From Botryllus schlosseri (taxonomy: Eukaryota), in NCBI GenBank assembly GCA_051294905.1, contig CM119384.1, positions 12,028,001 to 12,092,000 on the forward strand: 64,000 nt of DNA, read 5' to 3'. Made by a program: the position numbers and the translations under genes. The notes below the pieces were generated by a model. The model was given only the letters and a program-made list of their open reading frames with translations. It had not been told where the DNA came from and did not search any database. Below are positions 10,612 to 22,640 of the stretch, piece after piece (position 1 is the first letter of the stretch; each line of letters starts with the position of its first letter).

Positions 10612-12088
10612 ATAACATAACATGGATGGGTTATATTTTTGATCTGAACAAGTCACACACAATGTACAATGCGATAAGACACAATGCGATGTCATGAACA
10701 GATAGGAGGATGTAGAACAGGGGTGGGCAATTATTTTCCTCCGCGGGCCAAATGAGAAAAATAAATATGTTGGCGGGCCAAGTAAAAAATTTAGCTATAT
10801 TCTCCAGCGTATGTTAATTTTATTTTCAAATTACATTGCTACTAAATGCTGCTCAGTGAATGTGTTGATATTAGGTAATGAGAAGGTGACGGTTATTAAA
10901 AGAAATATATATTAGCTGTCATGATTCCAAACAATGTTAAACATGATACATTTAGCTCTCTTTAAACCCCTATCCACGTTCTCCTATTAAGACTCTAAAA
11001 CAGTGGTTGTCAAACGTTTTTAGGCACGCCTCTCTTTATGATTGTGAACAATTTCACGCCCACTTATCATGATATCACAAAATATTAAAAAATTCAACCA
11101 GAATGCTAGCAATCCCAACGGATAGTTTGATGGCATGGAAGAATATGGCTGTTGATGAGATAATTGTGAAAGACCAAAGTCGGACAATACACATAGCAAC
11201 AAGTACAAGCAACAAGTTCAATCCACTTCGGGTTCGCGCCACCCTTCTGATGCTTTCACTTCTCCCAGTTCGAGAACTGCATTGAAATGTATATATGCAA
11301 TAGTACAAAGCATATTTCTTGGTCGCTGCCGTTCGAGGAGCGTGCAGGGTAAATGCCCTTTATGTTGAAGGAAGCTTGCAGTTTTTCTGAACTTCGCCCT
11401 CCCTTGACTGAGTGCTTCGTGCTTCTGCCATAGGACCGACTTTAAATAAAATCCCTAATCTCGGCGACATAATCGGCAAAAACTGAAAGGTTGGGTTTAC
11501 CCCTGACTCCAGTATGCGAATATTTAGTGCTCTAAATTCTAAACCTAAACCTTCTTTTCGACATGCCCGTTAATCCTGTAAGGGTGATATGGTGAGTCAT
11601 ATAGTAATCGCGAGCACTGATTGACTTGTTTTAAGAATTATGGATTTGGAAACATATCACGTCACAAATTGAAACACATCACGTATAATGCGTAATGTGA
11701 CAATGTCAACAAGGAAGGTTTGGACTAAACTATATGGCAAGAATGATTTCTTGTGGCTTCAATTGCTACTCATAATTGCGACATTGCCTTTATTTTGAAT
11801 CTTGATTACGCTGCCAGGTACGTAAGGCAGCGTAACCGTGGCATATTATTGAACAGGATTCAAGGTAAACGAATTTCCTGCTCATTTAATACAGCCCTAT
11901 GGTTTTAGTCATTAAAGAAGCAAGTTTTATGTTTTGAATTCCAAGCAACCTTTCGCGGGCCGCACAAAATAGCTTCGCGGGCCGCATTTGGCCCGCGGGC
12001 CGCACTTTGCCCAGGCCTGATGTAGAACGACACACATCAGTAGCGATCCTTTACTCTGACATCCACCTCGGCCTAGAGTGCCCGATGT
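10612..12088 (-). mobile_element. Retroposon 3' tail fragment (~10612-10717 plus ~12028-12088) split by a hAT MITE
   Basis: With the MITE and one TSD removed, ...CAATGCGAT...GAACAGATAGGAGGATGTAGAACGAC...CTGACATCCACCTCGGCCTAG...CGATGT aligns to 57060-57165; (ATGTT)n tail on the minus strand. Confidence 0.65.
10718..12019. mobile_element. Buster/Charlie-like non-autonomous hAT element
   Basis: TIR CAGGGGTGGGCAA/TTGCCCAGGCCTG, GCGGGCC subterminal repeats, perfect TSD ATGTAGAA; no recognisable transposase inside. Confidence 0.9.
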
Positions 12089-12167
12089 CACAGTTCTTTT
12101 TCGATGTTGATCTCTTTGAAGCCGCGGCCCTTTCTACTAGTTCTTTTCCATTCATTGTGAGTGCTTT

Positions 12168-12722
12168 CCGATCAAGATAGCGTAATGGTTAAGCGTCCGG
12201 CTTCTTGATCGGTAGGTCGTGGGTTCGATTCCCGGCCGGGTCAGACCAAAGACTTGATTAGTAACACTGGTATCCATGGCTTCCCTGCTTGGCACTCATG
12301 CATTACTGGGATAGCATGGATGGGTGGTGCATGACTTAGAAAGTCGTAAAAGCTATATCTGCACTTCCTTGTCCAGCGGCATATGCACATCATGCACTCA
12401 TGGTATGCATATGCGCAGATCGTGTGTATGTGTATCATGAGTCGGTGTATATGCCGCAAAAAAAAACATCAAGGACCAAAATAAACTACGTCCTTTCCTT
12501 TCCTTCCTTTCCATCGGGTCTTTTTCTGGGCTTTTTTTGTTGCAGGGGAAGAGGAGCCCAGATAAACCTCCGACGGGAATCGGACGCGGTTCGCCTGCGT
12601 GCTGGGCTTATCGTAACCACTACACTATCTCCCCTGCTAACATGTCCATTATCTGCCTACATGTCCATTATCCCCCAAAGCAACACTCGTGCTGCAAGCC
12701 TGCAACTCCAAGAAAATAAAAT
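12168..12722 (+). mobile_element. tRNA-derived SINE with a central domain resembling the MetaSINE conserved core
   Basis: A box TAGCGTAATGG (12178-12188) and B box GGTTCGATTCC (12222-12232) lie in a tRNA-like head with a broken anticodon arm. They are followed by CCGGGTCAGACCAAAGACTT...CTTCCCTGCTTGGCACTCA (12236-12297), similar to the Meta domain as I recall it. The 3' end is approximate (A-rich AAAATAAAA). Confidence 0.75.
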
Positions 12723-13178
12723 CAGTCGCCACATTCTACCTCCGATTGAAAAATTCGAAATCGAATCAAAATTGAGACTGAATGTATAGCATAGATTCAA
12801 TCATCACGCTACTACCATCCTTCGTAGTGTGGTTAGCAATTATGATCACTTGATCAGTCGAGTTGGACTCCCTGTAACTCTTGATAACAATATCGTTGCG
12901 ATACCGCTACTGAAGGAGCGAAAGTTGCCACTCAGTAAAAGGTGCTAATTGAACTCGATTTAAGGTGAAAGTTCAAGACTTCCGTCATTGGCGACCAGGA
13001 CTGCTAATGATCTAATGACCCCCTACTTGTGATGCGGGAACGATGAAAGGTGAAAATTGGTAACCGATTATGGTGAAGGTTCAAAGCTGGATCCTAACCG
13101 ATTGAAGCGAAGATTCAAAACTGGCTACAAGTGATCGCAACTGGAGACGTGTGCTAATACCTAAACTGCAATCTAAAG

Positions 13179-15120
13179 CAGTGCTCTTCACCGGGTGTTT
13201 CGTACACCCTAGGGTGTACCAAAACTTTAAAAGGGTGTACCACTCAGATGGGGTGTACAGGGGTGTACCAGATTACCATTAAAATTGACCAATGACTAGC
13301 TATCACAATAAATAGGCAAGTTTATGCTTGTTTGTTTTTGGGGTATTCATGGTGTTTGTCGACTACTATGGTCATTTACACCAGGCCGATATTCTTCTTA
13401 TTTTCCGTAAGTTTATGCTTCGAAACATGTTGACCGGGTGTGCATTACGCACCATTACATTCCTGTTCTGATGTCATGAGCAAATGCTTCTCCTTATTTA
13501 AATGTTGGTAATGGTAGGGTTACCATATTTTGGAAATCTGAAAAGAGGACACTTTTTCAGACTTGCAAAACCTGTGGAAAATCCTGAAAAAGGGTAAATT
13601 TTTCTCACTTTGTAGTCGATTGACTGAAAAAAAGGTAAACTTTCTCGCTCAGCGCCCAAAATACAGTTTTCCCGTCACATTTTAAGGTGGTTGACACTAA
13701 AAAAAAAAGTCATCTCCGGCTCAGCTCCCGAAATACCCGCCTGGGGGTTACTTCGGTGCTGATTTACGGCATCTCAGTCGATTTTGGGCGTAATTTTGAG
13801 CTAAATTCTCAAAAAAGAGGACAAATCTCAAAAAAGAGGACAAAAGGGCGTCTTCCGAGGACGCTTTGAAAAAAGTCAAAAAGAGGACAAATCCTCTTAA
13901 AAGAGGACATATGGTAACCCTAGGAAATGATTTATTTGTTCTTTTTGGAGTAGAACAGGATGGAGTTTGTTTTGCTTGCGATATCTGTCTGTAATGATTC
14001 TTGAGGAAATCGACGAGAGAGATCATAAATATTGAATTGATATACTTTCTGCGAGATGCTTATAAATAGTGTATTGTACATAATTGCAGGGTCGTAGCCA
14101 GCCTGTCTCGGTGGGTCGAGTTTGAGAACCACCGTGCTAGATGTTGGTCCGGTAACTTCGAGCCCTGATTAGTATTGAGCATTTCAAATACGTTGCAACC
14201 TTGCTCATCCTTATTTCATCAGGCTAGAGGTGTCCAACCTACAGACGTACGTTGCTGGCAGGCAGTCGCTAAACAATAATTAATCGGCTCTCTTCACGTA
14301 ATTAAATTTCCGTGTGTTGGCGTCCTCCAATATGCAATTTGAATTAACGAATTGGTTCCCGAATCTTTGAGAGATTTTAAACTTGAAAATTTTATTCACG
14401 CTTTGCGCGATTGAAGGCGACGTGGATTTTGTGTTTTTAATATAAATAATAGTGTAATCTGAGTCCGCCGGACAAATCCGAACCGCAGAGGAAAACGATC
14501 CACCCCATCGGAGTGCGCGTCTCGTGTGCGTCCCACAAATGAAGGTTTTGCAAGTACGTTTGGTCAAAAAATAAAAACATGCAACAAATTGATTAATAAA
14601 AACCCGAAGATGCATCATCAATAGCTTTGAGCCCAACATTTTCAAGCACACCCTCCATCAGCTATGTCGGTTAATCTGATCACGTTGGCTAATAATTGAT
14701 GAACATTTGACAGCAATATATGAAAGTGCCCATATTATCGACGAAATTAACCCTATGCGACTAGTCGGGGAATCCAGTATTTGGTGTATAGATAGCGAGC
14801 ATGCAGGTGCAGGGGTGTTCTCCTGCTCCAATTTAAAACTTTTATACGCAAGGTTTATCTCAAAAAATCAGTGATGGCACAGAACATCACAAGGGCTCTC
14901 CGCATTAGTATATGACGGCCAGATGGGCCATGACCACTTTACGCCGGAATGCGGCCGTATGTTATATATGAAATCAAAGCACGTCCGTGAGTAGCAAGTA
15001 GTTTGAACACCCCTGGATTAGTCTTATATGCGGAATCAGTGAGTTATGTGGTCAGGAGTGTACGAGTATCGAGTAAACGTTAAAAGGGTGTACCACGACG
15101 TAAAAGGTTGAAGAGCACTG
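13179..15120. mobile_element. Buster-like non-autonomous hAT element with GGGTGTAC subterminal repeats
   Basis: 12-bp TIR CAGTGCTCTTCA/TGAAGAGCACTG; perfect TSD ATCTAAAG. Confidence 0.93.
13515..13922. mobile_element. MITE, TAGGGTTACCATA family, nested in 13179-15120
   Basis: 13-bp TIR TAGGGTTACCATA/TATGGTAACCCTA, repeated AGAGGACA motifs, TSD GGTAATGG/GGAAATGA (6/8). Confidence 0.85.
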
Positions 15121-15140
15121 ATCTAAAGGTAGCAATGATG

Positions 15141-15522
15141 TAGGGTCCCCATATTTTGAAATCCGGAAGGGAGGACACTTTCTACAAATCATAAAAGTCA
15201 GATTACCGGACTAGAAAACGGATGATTCTAAAATTTGTACTGGAAATCTTGTTGTGTTGACTTAAAAAAAGGTAGGTCATCTTCCCGATTCGACTCCCGA
15301 ATTACCAACTTTTTGGGGATATTGCTGTGAAAAAAGGTCATCCCGACTCCCGAATGACCCGCTCAAACGATTTGGCGTCATTTATGGCGTTTTGGAGTCC
15401 GGGCTGTCCATTAGCCTGACTGTCAAATCTACAAAGAAGGACGAATTTCCAAAAAGGAGAACATTTTGGATTTCTTGAAAAAGGAGGACAAATCCTCCTA
15501 AAGACGCACATATGGTAACCCT
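15141..15522. mobile_element. MITE, TAGGGTTACCATA family, copy 2
   Basis: Ends TAGGGTCCCCATA/TATGGTAACCCT, GAGGACA motifs, TSD CAATGATG/CACTGATG (7/8); homologous ends to 13515-13922. Confidence 0.82.
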
Positions 15523-16432
15523 CACTGATGGCTATATCGACTAGTTCACTAAACCATAATTTCAGCCGTTAACCATACTGAGGCTAATGCAACACCATGG
15601 TTTCGTAAGACTTACGTTACGAGATATCCCGTACCAGAATATAATACATTATTTTGAGATGACTGACAAAACCAACAACTTCCTCTCATATGCGTAGAGC
15701 GTAGTCAGGGGGCGTAATGAGCCCGAATATTCGACTCGGTAATTGTGACGTCATAATGCTTCTCTATGTAGCAATATATCCGTTACGCCCCTCATTGTTA
15801 ACTTAGGTCAACCCCAATTCTCCAAAAAAGTAATTGATCCTGGCTACAGAAGTAGGCCTACGTACGCTTTCATAGCTGATTCGTCGTAGGTTCATAATAA
15901 CGTTTATTAATTCGAGGACTTTGCGCTTGCCTCTTTTCGAGCGTTTCCTTTTATTTTTTTTCTTCATGTAATATATATTATTTACTCTTATTCGGGCCGT
16001 ACGAAGGTTCATTCTCGCATTCGTTACTTGGCAGAGCTGCCTTGTACAGTTGGCATGGCCTAGAAAAATATCCACCCGGTGTCAGGATCGAGTAAATGAT
16101 CACTTCTTCCGAAACCGGCAATATTTACATCGAATTTGCTCGCGTACCGAATCAACTCTAGTGTATACACTACCGAGGACGTAAGGCTGAGATCCGCCAC
16201 TGCGTCCGCGCCATGTTTTCCAGCCCGCATCAAGCCAACAAATGAGATGCTACCTAAAACTATACCCTCGCCTACTTTGTGATGAACTTAACCCGCGTTC
16301 AACAGGACAAAGCTGCGATTATTCGCTATCTACGCCAACACAATTCGATAACCGGCGAGTCCTGCTCTTGGCCTACACTTGCAAACACTGCCGCGCTACC
16401 AAGACCCGTATGATCGTGCAGTGAAAATCTCA

Positions 16433-16438
16433 TTTATT
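16433..16438 (-). promoter_or_regulatory. Candidate polyadenylation signal (AATAAA) of the GTPase gene
   Basis: Plus-strand tttatt about 660 nt downstream of the stop codon; motif only. Confidence 0.35.
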
Positions 16439-17096
16439 GTAAAAGTAGACAAAACAGTCTGATGGTAAGGTGTTTAAAGAAGAAAAAAATTGACTAATAC
16501 TGCTTGCGTGTATAATCGATAAATTTCAACAGAAACGGCCGGTCGGAAAACCCGGGGGCCTAGCAATAAAATCGCATTGAGGATATTGCATGAAACGGCA
16601 ATAGTCTGGCTGCGCTCAGTCACAGTCTCCACACATCGCGACTGACAAGTGAGTCGGTAGTCAACAAAGCAGAGGCGGTCAACTCAAAACAACCCCTCGG
16701 GTATTACAGTACCATACACCACAAACGTGTGACAACTTATGATTGATACTGGGGTCGCGCAGATCAACAAAAACCCGGCCGACGTGTCGATACAGAAGAC
16801 AATGCGAATAAAAAACAAAAACACCACTCATGGTTTGCACAGATGCGGCCACAAACAGCGACGAAAAAGAGCTGAATTCAACAGTGCGTGATGAATAATC
16901 ATGGAAAAAGACTGAAAGGGCACCAGCTAACACGTAAGTATCCGACATCCAGCGTCGGAGCCACTCAACTATTGTAGTCCGCAGAGCACTTCAACATTCT
17001 CCGCGTAACAGTGTTCGTGTGGTTGAAGGTTCGCAATATCGCAAGAAACCGCCGTCACGACGGCTGTCTTTTAGGGGCTCTTCGGGGGCGTGCTAG

Positions 17097-18647
17097 TCAG
17101 AAGGACCCGCTCCTTAACCGCTTGTAGTCGAAGCGAAAAGGCAGGCAGCTGCACATTTGCGGTCGAGACGACGACGGCGTTGAATAAGCTCTTTTCCGTT
17201 TATCGCCGCCCAAAGCCGTAGTGCGCGATATGATCTCACGCCAAACCGCAAGTAACTGACTGTCCTTATCCATAGACGGCTCTACGGACGTGGGATTCGC
17301 GGATTCGTCGCTAAACGGTTCGAGTTCGCATCTGTAATTGCACACTTTTCGCGGAGGTAGATCCATACTATCAGGCGCGCCGGCCGACAACCGGTGTTCC
17401 AAACTGTATTGTAGAATACCGCGCGACATTTCCAGTCTGCTTCTGTCCTCGTTAGACAGTGAGTCACATTTAGTGGCGACCGACACGATAGGCACTCCTG
17501 TTGAAAAGAAAATATTATGGTCAAACATCTTATGCGACAAAGAGCGCGTCTTTGCTAGGCAATGCCGCGCGGTAATGCCGCGGGGCGGTTGGCGTAAACA
17601 AGTTTTGCACGGTTTTAAAAAGATACTAGCGGGCCGAGCGAGAGAGGAAAAAAGGCGAACTCTGTCTCTTTGTTAAGAGGTAACGTTACGCCACAAAGAG
17701 CCGGCGTCACGCTCGGCTGAACACACATCGATTGCGTGTGAGCCCTGTTTGCCAGACTACCAGGTATAACTACCGAGGGGAATATTATGTCCGAAAAGAA
17801 CTGTCCCACGTTTTGAACTGATACCAGAAAATACAGAAGTGCAACTTACGATTTACTGAGGTATGTTTTGAAGTTGCGAGCGCTCGTTCTACGATCTCCA
17901 TCAATCTCTGCGAAGGCTTTTCGTCGATGGCCGACACGTAGAGTACACAGTCGATTCTTTTATTCGGGTCGTACCCGCGATGATACCTTTTCTTGATCAG
18001 TTCGTTGTTCATGAGAAGGACGCAGGGTATGCATTTGGCGGGTATTCTTCCCTCTAACACGTATCGCAGGATCAAAACTGCGTGGTCAGCGTCGTGAATG
18101 TCCTCGAAGCCTCTGGTGTCGGCGAAAACTACCTTGCCGCCGGAACGGTTTTTATGGATTACGCACTCGTCGATGACATGATTACGTCCGGGGCAGTATC
18201 TGGCTTTATCGGACCACTTCTGATTCAACGCCATACACATGGAATTGATCAAAGACGTTTTTCCTGCGGAGAAAGAAACGATTTAATGCGCTGTCGCACA
18301 GATTAAATGTTTGCTGTGATTTTACCTGATCCGCGTTGTCCGAGAACAAGAACATTGAGGTTTGTGTTGAGGTGCTTTTCGAATATGCTGAAAATCATTT
18401 TTCGCGTGCGGGCATTGATTTCTTGGCAGCTTCTTCGCCTCGGTTTGTGCGATTGGTCTTCCGTATTCGGGGCCGTTTTCTCTTGCGCCTCTTTAGCAGA
18501 AACTTGGTTATGATTGAGGTCGAAGGCGTCCATACTTTCTGAAGAACTCAGGCAGGATACGTCTTTCACAATCGGCTTCAGCGAAACCTCTTCGTTCGTC
18601 ATTTTAGTAAGAAGGGGTGCAGTGCTGCAATTATTTAATGGTGCCAT
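17097..18647 (-). CDS. P-loop GTPase, IFI44/IFI44L-like; 3 exons: 18647-18326, 18263-17850, 17497-17097; 1137 nt, 378 aa
   Basis: Two GT-AG phase-1 introns (62 nt and 352 nt) join three listed ORFs into one frame; an in-frame TAA lies immediately before the ATG. G1 motif NVLVLGQRGSG|KTSLINS (intron splits the P-loop), G3 VVFADTRGFE, a KRIDCVLYV block and G4 VSVATKCD are collinear with recalled IFI44 motifs (LLLGPIGAGKSSFFNS, CDSLGL, DRIHCVAFV, ALLTHVD). The gene model is strong; the family label is moderate. Confidence 0.85.
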
Positions 18648-18801
18648 TTATATACTTGTTTGCTCTAGCTTCCTTCTCGTACAATTCGTTTAGCGTTGGT
18701 GAAGTTCAGGCAACTTAGCCAGCCCAAGTCTTCTCGCTCTTACAGCCTAACGTTCAGCGTGCATTACTTGTTGCAATGGCTTGCCGTGCGACGTCCGGCT
18801 C

Positions 18802-18810
18802 TTTTAAATA
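18802..18810 (-). promoter_or_regulatory. TATA-like box (TATTTAAAA) upstream of the GTPase gene
   Basis: 155 nt upstream of the ATG in otherwise more GC-rich sequence; motif only. Confidence 0.3.
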
Positions 18811-19608
18811 CCACGGAGCTGGTAGCTTCGGATAAACAGGCATTGTTGCGAAATGGGCGAAACCAAGTAGAGTGGGAGGTGATTCTCTCGCTTTTAAAGT
18901 CTCTCGTTTGTAGACCAGGGAAGGCTGGCATGCCCCACAGCGACCGGATTGGTTGCGCCCTTCTATTACGAAACACGGTAGGGTTAGCCTTAGCGCAAGA
19001 AGTTTCGTTGAAAATGTTTGCTGCCTGGGAGACGCTAGTATTTTGGAGGCATAGCAGCGATACCGTAGGCCGTTTCGATTCGCCCAGCAAGTTACTGTGA
19101 GATTTAAACTTCCCAAGATTATATCACGGGAATTCTCGGTTTAACACATTTACTACACCTCATCTCTAAGATACAGTCGCCCACGCCGAATAAAAGTCCA
19201 CCATAATTTTGAGTTCAAATTACGCACCCATTGAGGAAGGATTTTAACAGCTGATGGACCACAGCAAACGGGAAATACGCTTGCGGTCTTGCGAAATACA
19301 TAGTTGCGCAACATACCGCTGAACGCGAGAGTAAGCCGTAACCGGCCTGAGCCGGTTTTTAAACGGTGCGCCGGTTGCGAAATCGCGTGGCGAAGCCTAT
19401 ATCATGTCAGGGAGACCTATCGATTTCGGGTATGGGAGCCGATTAAATAAACCAACGCTGACGGTATTTGTGTAAGGTAATGTATCGGTCAATCTGCCGG
19501 CAAACACGCTACAATTTTAATTGTGGAGTTGTGGAGTTATCATCTCAGCAATTCTATTTACTCGAAGGTAGCTACGAAATCATGAGAAAGACGTACGACA
19601 GTACGCGA

Positions 19609-19721
19609 CATAGACTACTCCAAGTCGCTTCGACGTCTTCCTGTCTTTTCATTGTATCGCATTTTTGTGGTGTGTTGAACTGATAAAAATTGCTAATAAA
19701 CCTATGATGATGATGATTATG
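19609..19721 (+). mobile_element. Retroposon (LINE/SINE) 3' tail fragment with (ATG)n end
   Basis: Near-identical to the reverse complement of 57022-57133; AATAAA followed by an ATG microsatellite. Confidence 0.75.
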
Positions 19722-20777
19722 AAAGGCGTGCTGACTGCTGACATCGTTTTGATCGCAACATATTACCAGCATAGCTGGTAGGCTAGACTCCGATACAAAT
19801 CCTTATCCGCCAACCAAAATATCATCTGGTTCAATACGTTCAAGTTACAAAACAGATTTGACAGAAACGTAGGTCTGCATGTTAGCAAGGTATCAGCTGT
19901 GGACAATTAACAATTTCTGTAAATCGTAACGCTAATTGCGTCTTTAATAGAGAATCGCATGCACTTTTGCTTCGTCCAGAATGATAGTGGTTCCATCTCG
20001 AGCAAGTTTGATAAAATCCGAGTCGTAATTTCATTTGCGCACAAGAGAAGCCATTTTCCCCTGCGACATGCCGTACAGTACCGTGCACAAATGTTATGTT
20101 TTCAGCATCAAGTAGGCTATTTCTGAGTATTGGTACAACGTAAATTGTATGCGATGTATTGTGTGAGAGCTTTTCTTGCCGACTCCTGTATCATAGTTTC
20201 CCCGTTTAATGAGCGCTCTTTGGACCCTCGCTGCTACGACATGATATTGTCTCATAACGGCGTAAACGCCACTTTGCGTGCATTAGCTCATGGTGAATGA
20301 ATAGGCGAAGTGTGATTTCAGGAAATAGCATCATCTCCATTACATTTTGCAGCCGTTGTTTTGCGCAAATCCATCGTGCTGCAATGGCTGTCTTTTCCAA
20401 GCTATTTATGTGTTGACAGTATGAAAAATCCCGCATTTCGATCACGCATGATGTACCATATTAGATGCAGAGTTACACACGCCATTTATGGCCATATTCA
20501 TACGAAACTTTTGGGGATACCTTCCTACAGAAAAATTTAACAAAGTTCAAAGCTTATTCAAGATGCCTTTGCCCCCCGGTGAAAGGGCGGTTATTGACCA
20601 AATGCCCTCCGGGATATAGAATTGTGAATAGTCGTAGGCAGCACCAAAATTCGGAGGAAGGGAGAAGCAATTTCGCCAGCGTCGTAACTTAACTGTTAAC
20701 GTGTGACGCAACGGGTATAAAAACTAACGAGGTATTCCTTGAGAACGCCTTTTCACAACTCGTCGCTCGGTGGCTAT

Positions 20778-20833
20778 CTATTTATTTTATCACAATCCTG
20801 TGGTGTTTTGAACGAGAGAGAGAGAGAGAGAGA
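20778..20833 (+). repeat. (AG)n microsatellite preceded by a short fragment of the same retroposon tail
   Basis: TATCACAATCCTGTGGTGTTTTGAACG resembles TATCGCAGTCTTGTGGTGTATTGAAACG (63690-63717); about 10 AG units follow. Confidence 0.55.
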
Positions 20834-21331
20834 ATCTTCATTTGTCAACCGCGCAAATCAGTTACATACATACAACAAAAATGCGATTCGGCGAATTGAT
20901 GAAATTTCGTTGTTAAACCTAGTTGAACTAAGCTGAACGCTCCCCCTCTTTGAATTTTGTATTTCTTTCGACTTAACGCCACCAAAACTTCAAATAGTTT
21001 ATCGTTTGCAAGAAGTTTTAATGAAACAGACTGGTCCATGCAACACTCTACAAGTTCGCTAAATGCCATAGTATTTTCTCCGAAACTCTCCCGAATATCG
21101 GGATGTAAATAGAATCGTTGTTATCGCACACGAGCACAGCTATAGACCTAGGCCTACATCGCAAATCGACTATAAAACAATAGAACTTGGCCTTGGGGTA
21201 TAACCGGCGCCGATAAACTCATGGTAGATGCGTAAATATTTAGGAGGCTGTGGTCTCTGCATTGATATACATTATACAGCACGTGTCGGATTACTTTCCC
21301 TTTAGAAGACACTCATGTAGATGGGTGCCTG

Positions 21332-22640
21332 CAGCACCGTAACTGCCGCACCCCAAACCCCCCAATTGGGGGAAGCCCGAGCTCGAAGGGGGCCCCAAAT
21401 TATTTCGTGAATTAGCATAAATTATAGAGTATTTTTTGAAAATTCATGCAATTTTTTCCAAAATTTTTCGCGCTGGGCGCGATTTAAAGTTGCCAAATAT
21501 CTTGATTATTTGGTATGCTCTTCCCCCACGAAAAAACACGCAAGATTTATAGAAATGGACGTATCGGCGTTGGATATTAACACGCCACTACGCACCCAGA
21601 TATATAACGATTTAGAACTTATTACATGTGACTCCAAGAAGTGTGCCAGAACGATCGGCAGCGCGAAATTGGCCGAAACGGACTGCCCTTACTCAGACCG
21701 AAAACTTCGTTATATATACAAAATAATAGGTTTAATTGTCCATAGGCGCCTAAATGACTGGCGCCATATGTTCCTGTCTTGGCAATCAGAACCTCAGAAT
21801 ACAAATACCATCCAGCAGGGAAAAAAATATATGCCAGTGAAGAAATACCAATTTGAAATCGTGTGCGTCTTTTAGTTTAGTACGTTTGAGCGATTCTATA
21901 TTTTTGATATAGCAGACAGGAGGTCACGAAATAAAATCATGTAACGAAGTCGTACCAACGGGTCCGCCCGCCCGAAGATGTTTAATTATTATTTACGGGC
22001 CCTACAGTTTCCGGTAAATCTGATAACGTGAGCAGAGAGGACAAGATATTGATAGCAATATATATGCAATTCCCGATCTTATTGGCCGATTGTATCATGA
22101 ATTATCGAAAATTTTCGCGTTTCGAGCTGGCTCACTAAACAGTGCAGCTAATTTCGTGGCAAAAGCGAACCCTGTGATGAGGGGTCGGTTTATCACCCTA
22201 TGAGAACCCAAAACCCAAGTTTTTGTGGGAGGGCGGGGCTGACGAAGTGCTGTTTCGTTCCTGCCAACGGGTATACGCCCGAAGATGTCTAATTATTATT
22301 GGGCGGTCCTACGTTTTAAAACAGACCTCGCTCAGCTTTACCGGTAAATCTGATAACGTGAGCAGAGAAAGGATCAAAATTGAAAGCAATATATATGTAA
22401 TTCCCGATCATATTGCCCGATTAAATCCTGAATTACTGAAATTTTTCGCGCTTCGCGCGTCTAGGCCGGCAAAGCTGTCTCACGCAACGGACAGCCAATG
22501 GAGATGTCAAATAGCGTCAAAAAGCGTATAACCAAAAGGGGGTCTGGGGGGCTTCGCCCCCCAGAAGTTAGGTTTATCACCCCATGGGGGGCCCAAGGCC
22601 AACGTTTTGGGGGGCCTGACGAAGTGCTGTTATGGCCCTG
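21332..22640. mobile_element. hAT-type MITE with internal tandem duplication of its right-end module
   Basis: Perfect TSD GGTGCCTG; imperfect TIR CAGCACCGTAAC/GTTATGGCCCTG; GGGGGCCC subterminal motifs; direct repeats 21955-22254 and 22264-22631. Confidence 0.85.

Noticed and set aside
12168-12245. Possible tRNA gene
   Set aside because: The anticodon arm and acceptor stem are imperfect and it runs directly into a SINE body.
14225-15015. Possible third nested MITE (TAGAGGTGTCCAAC...GTTTGAACACCCCTG)
   Set aside because: Flanks match only 5/8, so it is too degenerate to call, though plausible.
18696-19116. Three overlapping 108-134-aa ORFs upstream of the GTPase
   Set aside because: No motifs; they overlap on both strands in a GC-richer promoter/UTR region. 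The in-frame TAA before the GTPase ATG excludes a simple N-terminal extension.
20845-21069. ATG ORF MAFSELVECCMDQSVSLKLL... on the minus strand
   Set aside because: Protein-like composition but no recognisable family or downstream exon.
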